A program made the position numbers and the translations under genes. The notes under the pieces were generated by a model. That model was not told the origin of the DNA. It ran no database searches and worked only from the letters and a program-made list of their open reading frames with translations. DNA of 61,477 bases from an uncultured Enterobacteriaceae bacterium (GTDB lineage Bacteria > Desulfobacterota > Binatia > Bin18), in the NCBI GenBank assembly GCA_964639795.1, contig CAZXFE010000001.1:1-61477 (forward strand), read 5' to 3'. This document shows, in pieces, positions 17,083 through 27,104 of this stretch (positions within the stretch are counted from its first letter, which is position 1; each line of letters opens with the position of its first letter).

Positions 17083-20000
17083 ATGTATGTCCCGTTATGG
17101 TGCAAAAGCCATTTCTCGTTCCTGGAGGGAGCCAGCCACCCGGAAGAGCTTGTTGAACAAGCAAAACGCTTGGGTCTCGATACACTAGCCATTACTGATC
17201 GTGATGGACTGTATGGTATCGTACGGGCACACGTAGCAGCGCGCGAACACGGGATGCGTATCATTTGTGGAGCGCAGGTCACCTTGATGGACGAATCCCA
17301 TATCCTTCTTCTCGCCCAAAATCGGGGTGGCTATGGGAACCTCTGTCGCCTATTAACTGCCGGGCGAAGACGTTCACCCAAAGGCGAAAGTCGGGTTTCA
17401 TGGACTGAAGTGTGTAAGCATGCGGAAGGTATGATCGCGCTCTGGGGAGGAAATCAGAGTCTTTTAGCCGCCCGGGCAGAACCAGTATCGGTCTCTCGCA
17501 TGCTTCAAAATGCCTTCGGAGATCGGTTGTATGGAATGATAGCGAGGCATAGATGCGCGTCTGAGCAGCAAAGTGAAAACCGAACTGATAAGCGCATAAA
17601 GCGCTACGGCCTTCCTGCTATTGCTGCCCCAGAAGTTCTGTATCACTCACGCTCTCGAAGACCCCTCCAAGATGTCTTGACCTGTATCAAAGAGAAAGCA
17701 ACCCTTATGACCGCGGGACGCCGCATCAATCAGAACGCTGAATATGAAATGCTTTCGCCAGATGCTTTCTCTAGTCTCTACTCGGACTGTCCTCAACTAA
17801 TTGCCCGTACAGTCGAAATTGCCAACCGCTGCACTTTCACGCTTGATGAGCTGCGGTACCGATACCCCACAGAATCTCTTCCCGACGGAACTTCTGAGGC
17901 TGAATGGTTGCGTCATCTCGTCATGATCGGAGCCTCCAGACGGTATCATAGTATGATTCCTCCAGACGTATCTAAGCAAATTGAGACTGAGTTAGTTCTC
18001 ATCGAAGAACTCGATTACGGCGGATATTTTCTCACGATGTGGGAAATTGTGGAGTATTGTCGGGCTCATGAAATACTTTGTCAGGGCCGTGGGTCCGCTG
18101 CAAATTCAATGGTCTGTTACTGTCTGGGGATTACAGCGATCGACCCTGTACGAATGGGACTCCTCTTCGAACGGTTCATTTCACGAGAACGGGCGGAACC
18201 TCCAGACATTGATCTCGATATCGCTCACGAGCGCCGTGAAGAAGTGATTCAGCACGTCTATCAAAAATACGGAAGAGACCGCGCTGCTATGGTGGCAAAC
18301 TTCGTCCGTTATAGACCTCGATCTGCCGTGCGCGATGTCGGAAAAGTGCTTGGATTGCCGCTGACCACATTGGATCGATTAGCAAAACACCTACCCCATC
18401 ATGGAGAAGTGACCGCCAAATCTTTGGCTGATGCAGGACTCGACCCAGGTCAGCACGTATACACTCTCCTGCTCACGCTTACCAATGAGATTTTGAACTT
18501 TCCAAGACACCTCTCGATCCATCCCGGAGGGTTTCTTTTAGGCCATGATCCCGTATGTGAGCTCGTTCCAATAGAAAACGCCACGATGGAGAATCGGACT
18601 GTTATTCAATGGGACAAGGAAGACATTGAAGCGCTCAATCTCTTTAAGGTCGATCTGCTTGGCCTTGGAGCCCTTACCCAGCTCGACCTGTGTTTTAACC
18701 TCCTTCAAGAACGCTATGGTGTAGAGCTATCACTTGGAACCGTCCCGCCAAACGATTCAGAAACCTATGACATGCTTTGTCGTGGAGATACCGTTGGGGT
18801 GTTTCAAGTCGAAAGTCGCGCCCAAATGGCGATGCTGCCTCGTCTCAAGCCGCGCAGTTTTTATGACATCGTTGTAGAAATCAGCTTGGTGCGGCCTGGC
18901 CCCATAAGCGGGGGCATGGTTCACCCTTACCTGCGACGTCGACGGGGTGAGGAACCAATCGACTATCCGCATCCATGTCTCGTTCCTGTTCTGGAGAAAA
19001 CCCTTGGGGTCCCTTTATTTCAAGAGCAAGTAATGAAGTTAGCAATAGTCGCTGCAGATTACACACCTGGCGAAGCGGATCAGTTGCGACGCGACATGGC
19101 GGCGTGGAGACGAAGAGGTAGAATAGAGCGTCACCGTGACCTCCTAACATCGCGTATGGTTGCTAAAGGGATCGCGCCCGTCTTTGCCGAAAGAGTGTTT
19201 GATCAGATTCGCGGTTTTGGCGAGTACGGGTTTCCGGAAAGCCATGCGGCAAGCTTTGCTTTAATTTGCTATGCGACTTCGTATCTGAAGTGTCATTATC
19301 CTGCAGAATTTGCCTGCACGTTACTCAACGCACAGCCCATGGGATTTTATCTCCCTTCAACGATTGTCCATGACGCGATACGACATAGTGTCACCGTGCT
19401 GCCGATTGACGTAAGCAGAAGTACTTGGCAGTGCCGGATAGAGCTACATAAAGGCAACCCTGCTGTACGTATGGGCTTTCGATATGTAAAAGGCCTCGGA
19501 AAAGCAGAGCGGACTCGAATGGCAAGTTTGGAAGTAACGGGTCTGTCACTTTTCCCCGAAACGCTGCGGGACTTTGTTACTCAAAGCCAACTCCAGGAAG
19601 ATAAGCTCCTTTCCTTGGCCGAATCCGGGGCCTTTGATTGTTTCGGTGTTAACAGACGTCAGGCATTATGGATTGTGCGTGAGGCTGCTAAGGGAGACTC
19701 CCTCCCTATGAAGAGCGTGGAGGAAAATCCGGATTTTCCTGTGCCCAATAGTTCCGAACACATAGCATGGGACTATAGGCGATCTTCTCACAGTACGCGT
19801 GGTCACCCCGTCGAAATAGTGAGAACCCTTCTGAATAAGCGCGGACTGCCAGACGCCAGAACGATACGTACCTATCCAGATAAAACCCCGGTTAAATATG
19901 CAGGACTCGTCATTTGTCGGCAAAGACCAGCTACCGCAAAAGGGGTGGTGTTTATGACTCTCGAGGACGAGACGGGATTTGTGAATATCGTGATATGGGC

Positions 20001-20166
20001 GACGCGTTTCGAACAACAAGCTATAATCGCGAAAACTAGCCCGTTTCTTGGGATAACAGGCTCGATCCAATCACACGAGGGAGTTGTGCATATCGTCGCA
20101 GACCAACTATGGAAGCCTGATTTTCGCCTTTTCAGGGAAACGCCCAGAAGCCACGATTTTCATTGA
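17083..20166 (+). CDS. dnaE2: error-prone DNA polymerase DnaE2 (ImuC)
   Basis: 1027 aa. N-terminal PHP domain (LWCKSHFSFLEGASHPEELV), a pol III alpha core and an OB fold. Lies 3 nt after imuB. Confidence 0.95.
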   Translation: MYVPLWCKSHFSFLEGASHPEELVEQAKRLGLDTLAITDRDGLYGIVRAHVAAREHGMRIICGAQVTLMDESHILLLAQNRGGYGNLCRLLTAGRRRSPKGESRVSWTEVCKHAEGMIALWGGNQSLLAARAEPVSVSRMLQNAFGDRLYGMIARHRCASEQQSENRTDKRIKRYGLPAIAAPEVLYHSRSRRPLQDVLTCIKEKATLMTAGRRINQNAEYEMLSPDAFSSLYSDCPQLIARTVEIANRCTFTLDELRYRYPTESLPDGTSEAEWLRHLVMIGASRRYHSMIPPDVSKQIETELVLIEELDYGGYFLTMWEIVEYCRAHEILCQGRGSAANSMVCYCLGITAIDPVRMGLLFERFISRERAEPPDIDLDIAHERREEVIQHVYQKYGRDRAAMVANFVRYRPRSAVRDVGKVLGLPLTTLDRLAKHLPHHGEVTAKSLADAGLDPGQHVYTLLLTLTNEILNFPRHLSIHPGGFLLGHDPVCELVPIENATMENRTVIQWDKEDIEALNLFKVDLLGLGALTQLDLCFNLLQERYGVELSLGTVPPNDSETYDMLCRGDTVGVFQVESRAQMAMLPRLKPRSFYDIVVEISLVRPGPISGGMVHPYLRRRRGEEPIDYPHPCLVPVLEKTLGVPLFQEQVMKLAIVAADYTPGEADQLRRDMAAWRRRGRIERHRDLLTSRMVAKGIAPVFAERVFDQIRGFGEYGFPESHAASFALICYATSYLKCHYPAEFACTLLNAQPMGFYLPSTIVHDAIRHSVTVLPIDVSRSTWQCRIELHKGNPAVRMGFRYVKGLGKAERTRMASLEVTGLSLFPETLRDFVTQSQLQEDKLLSLAESGAFDCFGVNRRQALWIVREAAKGDSLPMKSVEENPDFPVPNSSEHIAWDYRRSSHSTRGHPVEIVRTLLNKRGLPDARTIRTYPDKTPVKYAGLVICRQRPATAKGVVFMTLEDETGFVNIVIWATRFEQQAIIAKTSPFLGITGSIQSHEGVVHIVADQLWKPDFRLFRETPRSHDFH

Positions 20167-20900
20167 ATGCTTTTATCGGTCCTCTGCTGCCAATCGGATG
20201 ACGTCGAGGAATTCACCTGAGCATATTCAACCAACCACTTGTGGAGCGGCAACATTGCCTTGTAGTGCGTATTACACCACTTCGTGAAAGCGGGCGTGGC
20301 AATCTCTTCCGGCAGGGAAGTCTCCACAGAGACGTAGAGGCTCTTGTGTTTGAGGAGGTGCGCACGAGAATGCTCGTCCGTATAGCCGCGAGGTACCTTC
20401 TTGTAATGCTGACCCCCGAGTTTGTAGCCTTTGCGAGCGAGGCGCGTGGTAATAAGTGCCAGAGCTTTTCCCGCCGCGTCATCGTCAACCGCATCGCGGT
20501 ACCGAGCTAAGCCCATTTTGTCTAACGTGTAGATGCCTGCAGCAAGCAAGACCTGCTCGGGTTGCAAGCGGAAAAAGAATCCGGAGCAGCCCCAATGCTT
20601 CTCAGCGCCATGGTAGAACCAGAGATCGAGATGAGTTTTGTACGGCGTCTTATCGTGGGAGAAGCGGATGTCCCGGTTGATACGGAATAAGCTCTTGTTG
20701 ACGCGGGGGTTTGCAGTGATAGTCGCGTCCAGTTTCTTGAGCTTTGGGCGTATCGCAGTGACGAAGCGCCGAGCGGTTTCCATATAGTACATCTCATAAT
20801 CCACTCGATGGGCTTCGAACCAGGCTTTGGTATTGTACTGGCTGAGGTTCTGCAGAAACGTGAGCGTCTCCTGCGGAAAGCCCGTAAAATCTGTCTCCAT
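20160..20900 (-). CDS. DUF2461 (TIGR02453) family protein
   Basis: 246 aa from METDFTGFPQETLTFLQNLSQYNTKAWFEAHR.., including RINRDIRFSHDKTPYKTHL. Convergent with dnaE2 and overlaps it by 7 nt. Confidence 0.8.
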   Translation of the reverse strand: METDFTGFPQETLTFLQNLSQYNTKAWFEAHRVDYEMYYMETARRFVTAIRPKLKKLDATITANPRVNKSLFRINRDIRFSHDKTPYKTHLDLWFYHGAEKHWGCSGFFFRLQPEQVLLAAGIYTLDKMGLARYRDAVDDDAAGKALALITTRLARKGYKLGGQHYKKVPRGYTDEHSRAHLLKHKSLYVSVETSLPEEIATPAFTKWCNTHYKAMLPLHKWLVEYAQVNSSTSSDWQQRTDKSIQ

Positions 20901-21520
20901 AGTGCGCTCCCAACCGTTCTTCTTTGTGGCCTGGCTCAGAACGTGCCCCGACCGACCTCCATACCGCATTGTTCCTCTCCGGTATCTATGCACCCTGCCC
21001 TGGTGTCAGATTCCTGTCAATGCAAATCGTCACTACTTCGTTCTGTATCTTGCTATACGGCTGGCGAGGTGTTCTGTCTGATCGGTATCAATTTCCCAGA
21101 TGGATGAGGTGTTTTTCAGTTTGGGGTTTGATATGAGATACACATCAGTTAAGGAGTAACGGATGTCTGATACGGCAAGTTTATAGGCATCGAAAAAGCC
21201 CGTATGGCAGCGAGCGCGCTTACGGAGTGGCCCCTAAAAAGGTCACCTTCTGTCGGTGAAGAACCCTCCCCCTCGGAAGAAACAACGCTACTTCTACCCT
21301 ACTTCTTCAGCTGCGCCAGTTTACCCTCGACCTTCGGGATGGTGTTGAAGGTGATTAAGTATCTTTAACGACGCTGGCTCACTGCCATGAAACCCTTCTT
21401 TATGATTCACACCACATCCTCCCAGCCCATATAGCGGATCCTAAAAGGATGGGCCAACCGCTAAGCCAGAGAAAAGGGGCGAAATCTAGTAGGCGAACAA
21501 TCGACAGCTACTAGATGGTG

Positions 21521-22230
21521 TTAGCATTGGCCGTCGGAGTTTGATCGGAGAGGTTGCGCTACTACTAAGTCCACATCTTCCAATTTCTTAAAGCCCCTGG
21601 GTGCGGCGCCTAGAGACGTCTCATAAATGACAAGCTTCCTGGGATAGACAGCATTATTATACTCTACATCACCATGAAACCCGCCTTGCCTACAGATGCC
21701 GTAGGAGAATTGGCCTCCGAATTCACCCTCGGTCAACTCTTTACCTGATGAGTCCTTTCTTTTTTGATTCGGAGGTCTTTGGTATGGATAGAGATCAGGC
21801 AGCAAAGCGGGCGTGCGCCAATATACTGCGCGTCGAACTCTCTTTTAGCCGTAAAGTCCTTGTAAAACGAAACAATCGAATCTTTAACCGCCACTTTGCC
21901 CCAATCCACTTTATCCCACTTTCTCCCACCTATAGGCGTATCGTCCCCATAAAAACAAAGCCAACACTCTAGGGTGAAAAGATTACTAGAGATCCTCATG
22001 CATCCGAGCATTCTGATTCAGCGAATAATAGCCACACACAGAGAAGACGTTTTTTCGTCCTGGACAAAACCGGAAATGCTCAGTCAATGATGGGGGCCGC
22101 CGGGAACCACCAACCCTGTAGTCGAGGTTGATCTTCGCGTTGGGGGAACTACCGACTAGGTCTTCGGAATGAAAGCGGAGATATGCGATATGTTGGGGAT
22201 GAGTATCGCAAAGTTTCTCCCCCTAGGCGT
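21521..22230 (-). pseudogene. decayed gene of unknown family
   Basis: Protein-like stretches in two frames separated by stops and frameshifts (HIAYLRFHSEDLVGSSPNAKINLDYRVGG.., FYGDDTPIGGRKWDKVDWGKVAVKDSIVSFYKDF.., ELTEGEFGGQFSYGICRQGGFHGDVEYNNAVYPRKLVIYE..). Confidence 0.35.
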
Positions 22231-22413
22231 CTGGTGTATACCTAGCAATGAGAGCCAGATGATCCAGAGGAGACACTCGTCACGGTAGACTTTCTCTCGG
22301 TCAAGAACTCAGGAACAGAAGTCTCACTCAAACACGAACGGTTCTCCAGCGTAACAGCGCGACCCAATCATCGCACAGGATGGGATGGATGTCTTGACAA
22401 GGTAGCGTAATAC

Positions 22414-22436
22414 GAAGAAACCGCCTCGTAAGGCGG
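22414..22436 (-). terminator. possible intrinsic terminator downstream of fpg/nei
   Basis: On the minus strand, CCGCC-UUACGA-GGCGG is followed by UUUCUUCGU, about 95 nt after the stop codon. Confidence 0.4.
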
Positions 22437-22527
22437 CATCTTCCCCCGTTTCGAAACGCGAGACTAGGCTCGCATTGCAGGCACAGTATAGTCTGACAGA
22501 CGAAAAACACGAGCATAACCAGATCGA

Positions 22528-23436
22528 TTATTTCACTACGCGCTGGTTCCGGATCTCTAGCTCTTCAAGGTTCTTGGGCCAGTTCTTTTTAAGCAGACGA
22601 GAGAGCGAACGATCAGCGAGAAGTTTGCCATCATTCTGGCATCTCGGGCAATAATTTGCTTCGTTCTGCGCGTAAACAATCCTCTGCACCGATGCCCCAC
22701 ACTCGGGGCACGGTAGCCGGTATCGTCCGTGAACTGCCATATCTTTGCGAAACGCTGTCACCTTTTCCGGGAACCCAGTTCCGGTCTCTTGACGCAACCG
22801 CTGTATCCACATTGTAAGTGTGTTTTGAGTTGCGCGAAACAACGTCCTCTCTTCATTCTCACTCAGCGTCTTCGTTTGCTTTACTGGTGATAGACGAGCG
22901 CAATGAAGTATTTCGTCCGAATAAGCATTGCCAATACCACTGAAAATATGAGGATCTGTCAAGGCTCGTTTGAGCGTATGATTTTCCAGGTGCAGTCGTT
23001 TGCGAAACGCCACAAACGTGGCATCGAGGACCTCAAGACCACCCGGATCTAAATTCGAGAGATCATGTTCCCCTTGAACGACGTGGAGCGAGGCTCTCTT
23101 TCTCGTACTTGCCTCGGTAAATATCAGCGTCCCCGTGGGAAAATCGAACGCTGCAAGGCCATTGCGCTTCGGTACCGAAATCCCTCTTTTCTTCCAATGC
23201 AATCGCCCAGAGATCATCAGATGGATGATAATAAATAGCTTATCCTGTAGTCCCAGAACAATGCGTTTGCCAAGCCGTCTGACCTCACATACGTTTTTTC
23301 CGATCAATTCGGAGGAGGATGGTACGGCCGTTCGAAGCACAAACGGGCTGGCGATGCGCAATTCCTCAAGCGGCTTCCCAACAAGGATATCCTCGAGGCG
23401 CTCTATATAAACGGTAATGTCCGGAATCTCTGGCAT
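22528..23436 (-). CDS. Fpg/Nei-family DNA glycosylase / AP lyase
   Basis: 302 aa. N-terminal MPEIPD (Pro2/Glu3), an H2TH region, and a C-terminal zinc finger CPECG..17..CPRCQ. Confidence 0.9.
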   Translation of the reverse strand: MPEIPDITVYIERLEDILVGKPLEELRIASPFVLRTAVPSSSELIGKNVCEVRRLGKRIVLGLQDKLFIIIHLMISGRLHWKKRGISVPKRNGLAAFDFPTGTLIFTEASTRKRASLHVVQGEHDLSNLDPGGLEVLDATFVAFRKRLHLENHTLKRALTDPHIFSGIGNAYSDEILHCARLSPVKQTKTLSENEERTLFRATQNTLTMWIQRLRQETGTGFPEKVTAFRKDMAVHGRYRLPCPECGASVQRIVYAQNEANYCPRCQNDGKLLADRSLSRLLKKNWPKNLEELEIRNQRVVK

Positions 23437-23752
23437 AAACTAGCCACCAACCAGAAAAAGGATCGGGAAAGGATGAAAGTTTGTCGCATTATTTCTGGAA
23501 CACGTTAGCAACCGAGTTAACTAGGGGCATCCTTACCCGCGCAATATCGCGCTTCGACTGCGTCCGACCCGGCTTGCTAACTCGTTTCCCTATCTACCGT
23601 TGCCTGCGAAGCGAGGCGCCACTGACCCACCGTTCGTCCGCAGTCTTCACAAGACGCTTGAGCACATCCTTCTGTCGGGGTAATCAATTTTACTTGTCTA
23701 GCTACTTCCATAAACTAATTGCTTCAATTTTCCTTTTTTGGTCCAGTAAGCT

Positions 23753-24067
23753 TTAGGATCGCTCAAACTGTGCGAATGCCATCATGTCAAAAGGTGCGTT
23801 CAAGGAACTCGAAAGATTAGTTATAATCTGAATCTGCATTGGGCGTTCCGGTAATTCCGCTGTTTGCCCCAGCTCGGTAAGAGCACGTACCGTCTCACTG
23901 AGCGACGGCTCTAGCCTCTCACCGCAAACACCATGACCGTCCTCTTCAGTTACTGGCATCTCAATCTCAGCGCCCATTGTATCTGCCACTAACCGCTGAA
24001 GTATGTCATTCATCTCCGAATCCATAATTCTCCCTTCCCCTAGTGAGTCAGACAAAACGTATAACAC
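23753..24067 (-). CDS. hypothetical acidic protein (about 90-104 aa)
   Basis: ORF only. The start is more likely the internal MDSEMNDILQ. No family recognised. Confidence 0.3.
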   Translation of the reverse strand: MLYVLSDSLGEGRIMDSEMNDILQRLVADTMGAEIEMPVTEEDGHGVCGERLEPSLSETVRALTELGQTAELPERPMQIQIITNLSSSLNAPFDMMAFAQFERS

Positions 24068-24212
24068 GTTTTTAGCGCTTAGATCTCATGCTTGTAAGCA
24101 TTTGACTAGGGCGGGAGGCGTCCAAATAGACTAGAACAGCGCTAGGAAGAAGTTACAGGTCAAATCAACTATCCATCCTTGATAAGGACAGGTCAGTCGA
24201 CGGCAGAGACGC

Positions 24213-24515
24213 CTAACGACGGGTATCCGCTTGGACTTGGGCGAACTGTACCATCCCGGCGGGATCCACCCAACTCGCATATTTTATTGGGCCACAAGAT
24301 ACCAGGAATTCCTGCGAGTGAGAAAAGAGGCCTAGAACCTTGACCGCTGTCGTCTCGGTACAAGGCAGCGACTGCCTACGCAATTGTTCAGCGATCACTA
24401 TGCGTTCCATCTGTGTTAATCCGAGAAAGGGTATGGGTTGCGTTAGCAGCAGTCCACACAGCAGGAGAAGCACGAGGCTTCCGACCACTATCCACAATCC
24501 CTTACGTCTATGCAT
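24213..24515 (-). CDS. hypothetical membrane-anchored protein (100 aa)
   Basis: Internal Met of track ORF 24213..25154, followed by one TM helix (GLWIVVGSLVLLLLCGLLL). Confidence 0.3.
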   Translation of the reverse strand: MHRRKGLWIVVGSLVLLLLCGLLLTQPIPFLGLTQMERIVIAEQLRRQSLPCTETTAVKVLGLFSHSQEFLVSCGPIKYASWVDPAGMVQFAQVQADTRR

Positions 24516-24599
24516 TATGGCCAAACAACGATGATTGGCCGTTTGGGTCTGTTTTGCAGAAGAGTTCCGTGCGCAGTTACATTCGTTCTTGATTGTGGT

Positions 24600-24761
24600 G
24601 TGCGTAATAACAGATGTAGTTACGTCAACGAGCATACGTGTCTGGAGACTCATTGGCTCTTCTTCATGAAACCAGCCATCGTCCTCTTCGCCATGGATTA
24701 TTTGTTCAAAACGACCCGCCCGGCTGCTTAGTGCTCCACGCCCACGCCAGTGCCTGGGAAT
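24600..24761 (-). pseudogene. N-terminal remnant of a PA0069-type radical SAM protein (SplB-like, COG1533)
   Basis: WRGRGALSSRAGRFEQIIHGEEDDGWFHEEEPMSLQTRMLVDVTTSVIT matches the family signature (K/R)GRGA-x-SN-x-x-x-RFE..DDGW. The CxxxCxxC radical SAM core is missing. Confidence 0.5.
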
Positions 24762-25196
24762 GGCTACTGCGGCATCTTCAGAGTGCATCATGAAAGAAAT
24801 ATACCACAGGAGAAGAAAAAACGAAAGTCGGGCCAAGATAAAAGGGGTCGCATATTTTTCGCCTGGATCGGATTGCGGATCCAAAGGATCATCTTCTGCG
24901 CTTTCCGAGCGAACCATTTCATCATTGACGTTGAAGACAACCTCCTCAAAGCAGATATACACATCAACAACGGGACACCCACAGTCGTCTTGTCGATCAT
25001 CGTTATTCCGACGGTCTATGTCCCAACTAGATGTGCGAGTGTCCCTTCCGCACGCTCGTAATCTTTCTCCCCACGCAAGACCAGTTAACCACCGATAAGA
25101 TACAAGGATCATACCTGTGCAGAGGTTGTTTTTACTCAGGTCCAGGGCTACCATGCGACCGAACTATTCAACTCCTCTTGGCTGTGGGAACTCCCA

Positions 25197-25233
25197 AGAC
25201 AGTAGAGCCGGCCATAAGCCGGCTCTACTGTCT
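25197..25233. repeat. long perfect hairpin / inverted repeat
   Basis: AGACAGTAGAGCCGGC-CATAA-GCCGGCTCTACTGTCT, a 16-bp stem ending 8 nt before the xth ATG. Confidence 0.8.
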
Positions 25234-25241
25234 CTAGACAG

Positions 25242-26024
25242 ATGCGCATAATCACTTGCAATGTAAACGGGATCCGAGCGGCGGCAAAGAAAGGCCTCTT
25301 TTCATGGCTCAGACGCCAGAAAGCTGATGTCGTTTGCCTCCAGGAAGTCCGCGCAAATACGGAAGATATTCCAAAGGAAGGTCTAAATCCTGGGAATTTG
25401 TCTGGAATCTTCTATCCTGCGCAGCGGAAGGGTTACGCTGGCTGCGCTCTATATGTAAAAACCACCCCCGACCGCATCCAGCATGGATTTGGGTGGTCTG
25501 AGGCCGACCAAGAAGGACGATACGTGAGAGCTGACTGGGGCCCCCTGTCGGTTATCAGTGTATACGTCCCGTCAGGATCAAGCTCCGAAGACCGGCAAGC
25601 AGCTAAGTACCGCTTTATGGACCGCTTCTATCCCGTTCTGGCCAAGATCCATAGAAGTGGCAGACATGTTGTCCTATGTGGTGATTGGAATATCGCCCAT
25701 ACCGAGAAGGATCTCAAAAACTGGCGTAGTAATAAGAAGAATTCTGGCTTTCTCCCCGAGGAGCGGGCATGGATGACACGAATATTTGATGAGATGGGTT
25801 TGGTCGATGTATTCCGCTACCTTAACCAAGAAGAGGATCAGTACACGTGGTGGTCCAACCGGGGGCAGGCGTGGCAGAAAAACGTTGGCTGGAGGCTTGA
25901 TTACCAGATTGCCACCCCGTCTCTAGCAAAACGGGCAGTTTCTACGACTATATACAAGAAAAAGCGCTTCTCTGATCACGCCCCTCTGATTATTGATTAC
26001 GACTACGACCTATCTAGTACGTGA
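25242..26024 (+). CDS. xth: exodeoxyribonuclease III (AP endonuclease), paralog 1
   Basis: 260 aa. MRIITCNVNGIR, VVCLQE, GDWNIAH, SDHAPL. Confidence 0.9.
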   Translation: MRIITCNVNGIRAAAKKGLFSWLRRQKADVVCLQEVRANTEDIPKEGLNPGNLSGIFYPAQRKGYAGCALYVKTTPDRIQHGFGWSEADQEGRYVRADWGPLSVISVYVPSGSSSEDRQAAKYRFMDRFYPVLAKIHRSGRHVVLCGDWNIAHTEKDLKNWRSNKKNSGFLPEERAWMTRIFDEMGLVDVFRYLNQEEDQYTWWSNRGQAWQKNVGWRLDYQIATPSLAKRAVSTTIYKKKRFSDHAPLIIDYDYDLSST

Positions 26025-26082
26025 TTCCACGGATCAACAACGACCAACAAATCTGTTGACAACATTTTTGTTAGAGGGAAAT

Positions 26083-26295
26083 TTGGGCAACATTCACGAC
26101 ATCCTTCCAGACGTACGTGACGGACTCAACCGTAAAGAACGTATGGTTCTCTGGGTTTTACACAAGGCTCAAAAAGAGTTCGCCGGCCGTTCCGTTCCAA
26201 CGGCGACACTGTATGGCCACGTTGTGGAACATATAGATATGAGTGTGGACGAACTCCAGGCTATTCTTCGTCGCCTAGGAGTGCAGAAGCGCTAA
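26083..26295 (+). CDS. small ORF with a GyrA/ParC N-terminal-like motif
   Basis: Reads ..[22 protein letters not shown].., compared with the GyrA motif [20 protein letters not shown]. The start codon is uncertain (TTG at 26068 or 26083, or ATG at 26146). Confidence 0.3.
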   Translation: [70 protein letters not shown]

Positions 26296-26472
26296 GGGTA
26301 TAATCAGATAGTGTCCAGGCCTAAGTCGGGAGAACGGATACTCTGAGTTGTTCTAGCTCCTACCAAATCCGCGAACTACCCATCCGCCCAATCGCCCGAA
26401 GATCAAGCCACTGAAAGGAGAGCCGACAGCGACTAGAAGAAAATATCGCGCAAGCCTTAATCGTCTGTCTCT

Positions 26473-26814
26473 TTAACCAGACGCCAGATAATCCTTCACC
26501 ACTGCCTCCATTTCGGCATCCGAAGTGCCGTCTGGAAACGATATCAAGACCTTATCGAATCTCCGGCGCAGGAAATGGGTAATGACAGGATTGTCCGGAT
26601 TATAACAGTCTCCATCTAGGAACGGATCATAGAGGGCGTAGTCAATAAGACCATCATCAAGGGCAATTCTCGTACAGTAGAGATCCGGCGCCGTCGTAAA
26701 AAAATAATAGATCCACAGACCAATGAAAACAAACCACACAGTTGATATACAAAGCCTCAACCTTAACAGCCCCTGTCTCCAGTTCGCGGCTTTGGGCATT
26801 GTATACTCCAGCAC
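26473..26814 (-). CDS. hypothetical membrane protein (113 aa)
   Basis: One N-terminal TM helix (LCISTVWFVFIGLWIYYFF). The frame stays open past its TAA for a further 39 codons. Confidence 0.4.
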   Translation of the reverse strand: MLEYTMPKAANWRQGLLRLRLCISTVWFVFIGLWIYYFFTTAPDLYCTRIALDDGLIDYALYDPFLDGDCYNPDNPVITHFLRRRFDKVLISFPDGTSDAEMEAVVKDYLASG

Positions 26815-27104
26815 GATTCCTCTTTTAACTAGAAATCACCGCAGAGGGTTAAGACCCCCTCGGGCTCACGGTCTAACCAAAATGGCGATCAAGTTCTCTC
26901 AGGTAAAGCTTGGCTTAGAGTAGCAGCGGCCCAAGAACCTAAGATGTTAGTATTGAAACACTTTTGTCTCCTTCTCATAGAAACTTTCCACAGAAGCCAT
27001 CGGTACGATCTTATAAGGTTGACGCTACGCAAGGTCACAAACGGTCTACGAATATCGGATCTGTTTCTGTGTTCCTGACATCCGGCCTGCTTTAGGAGCC
27101 AACT

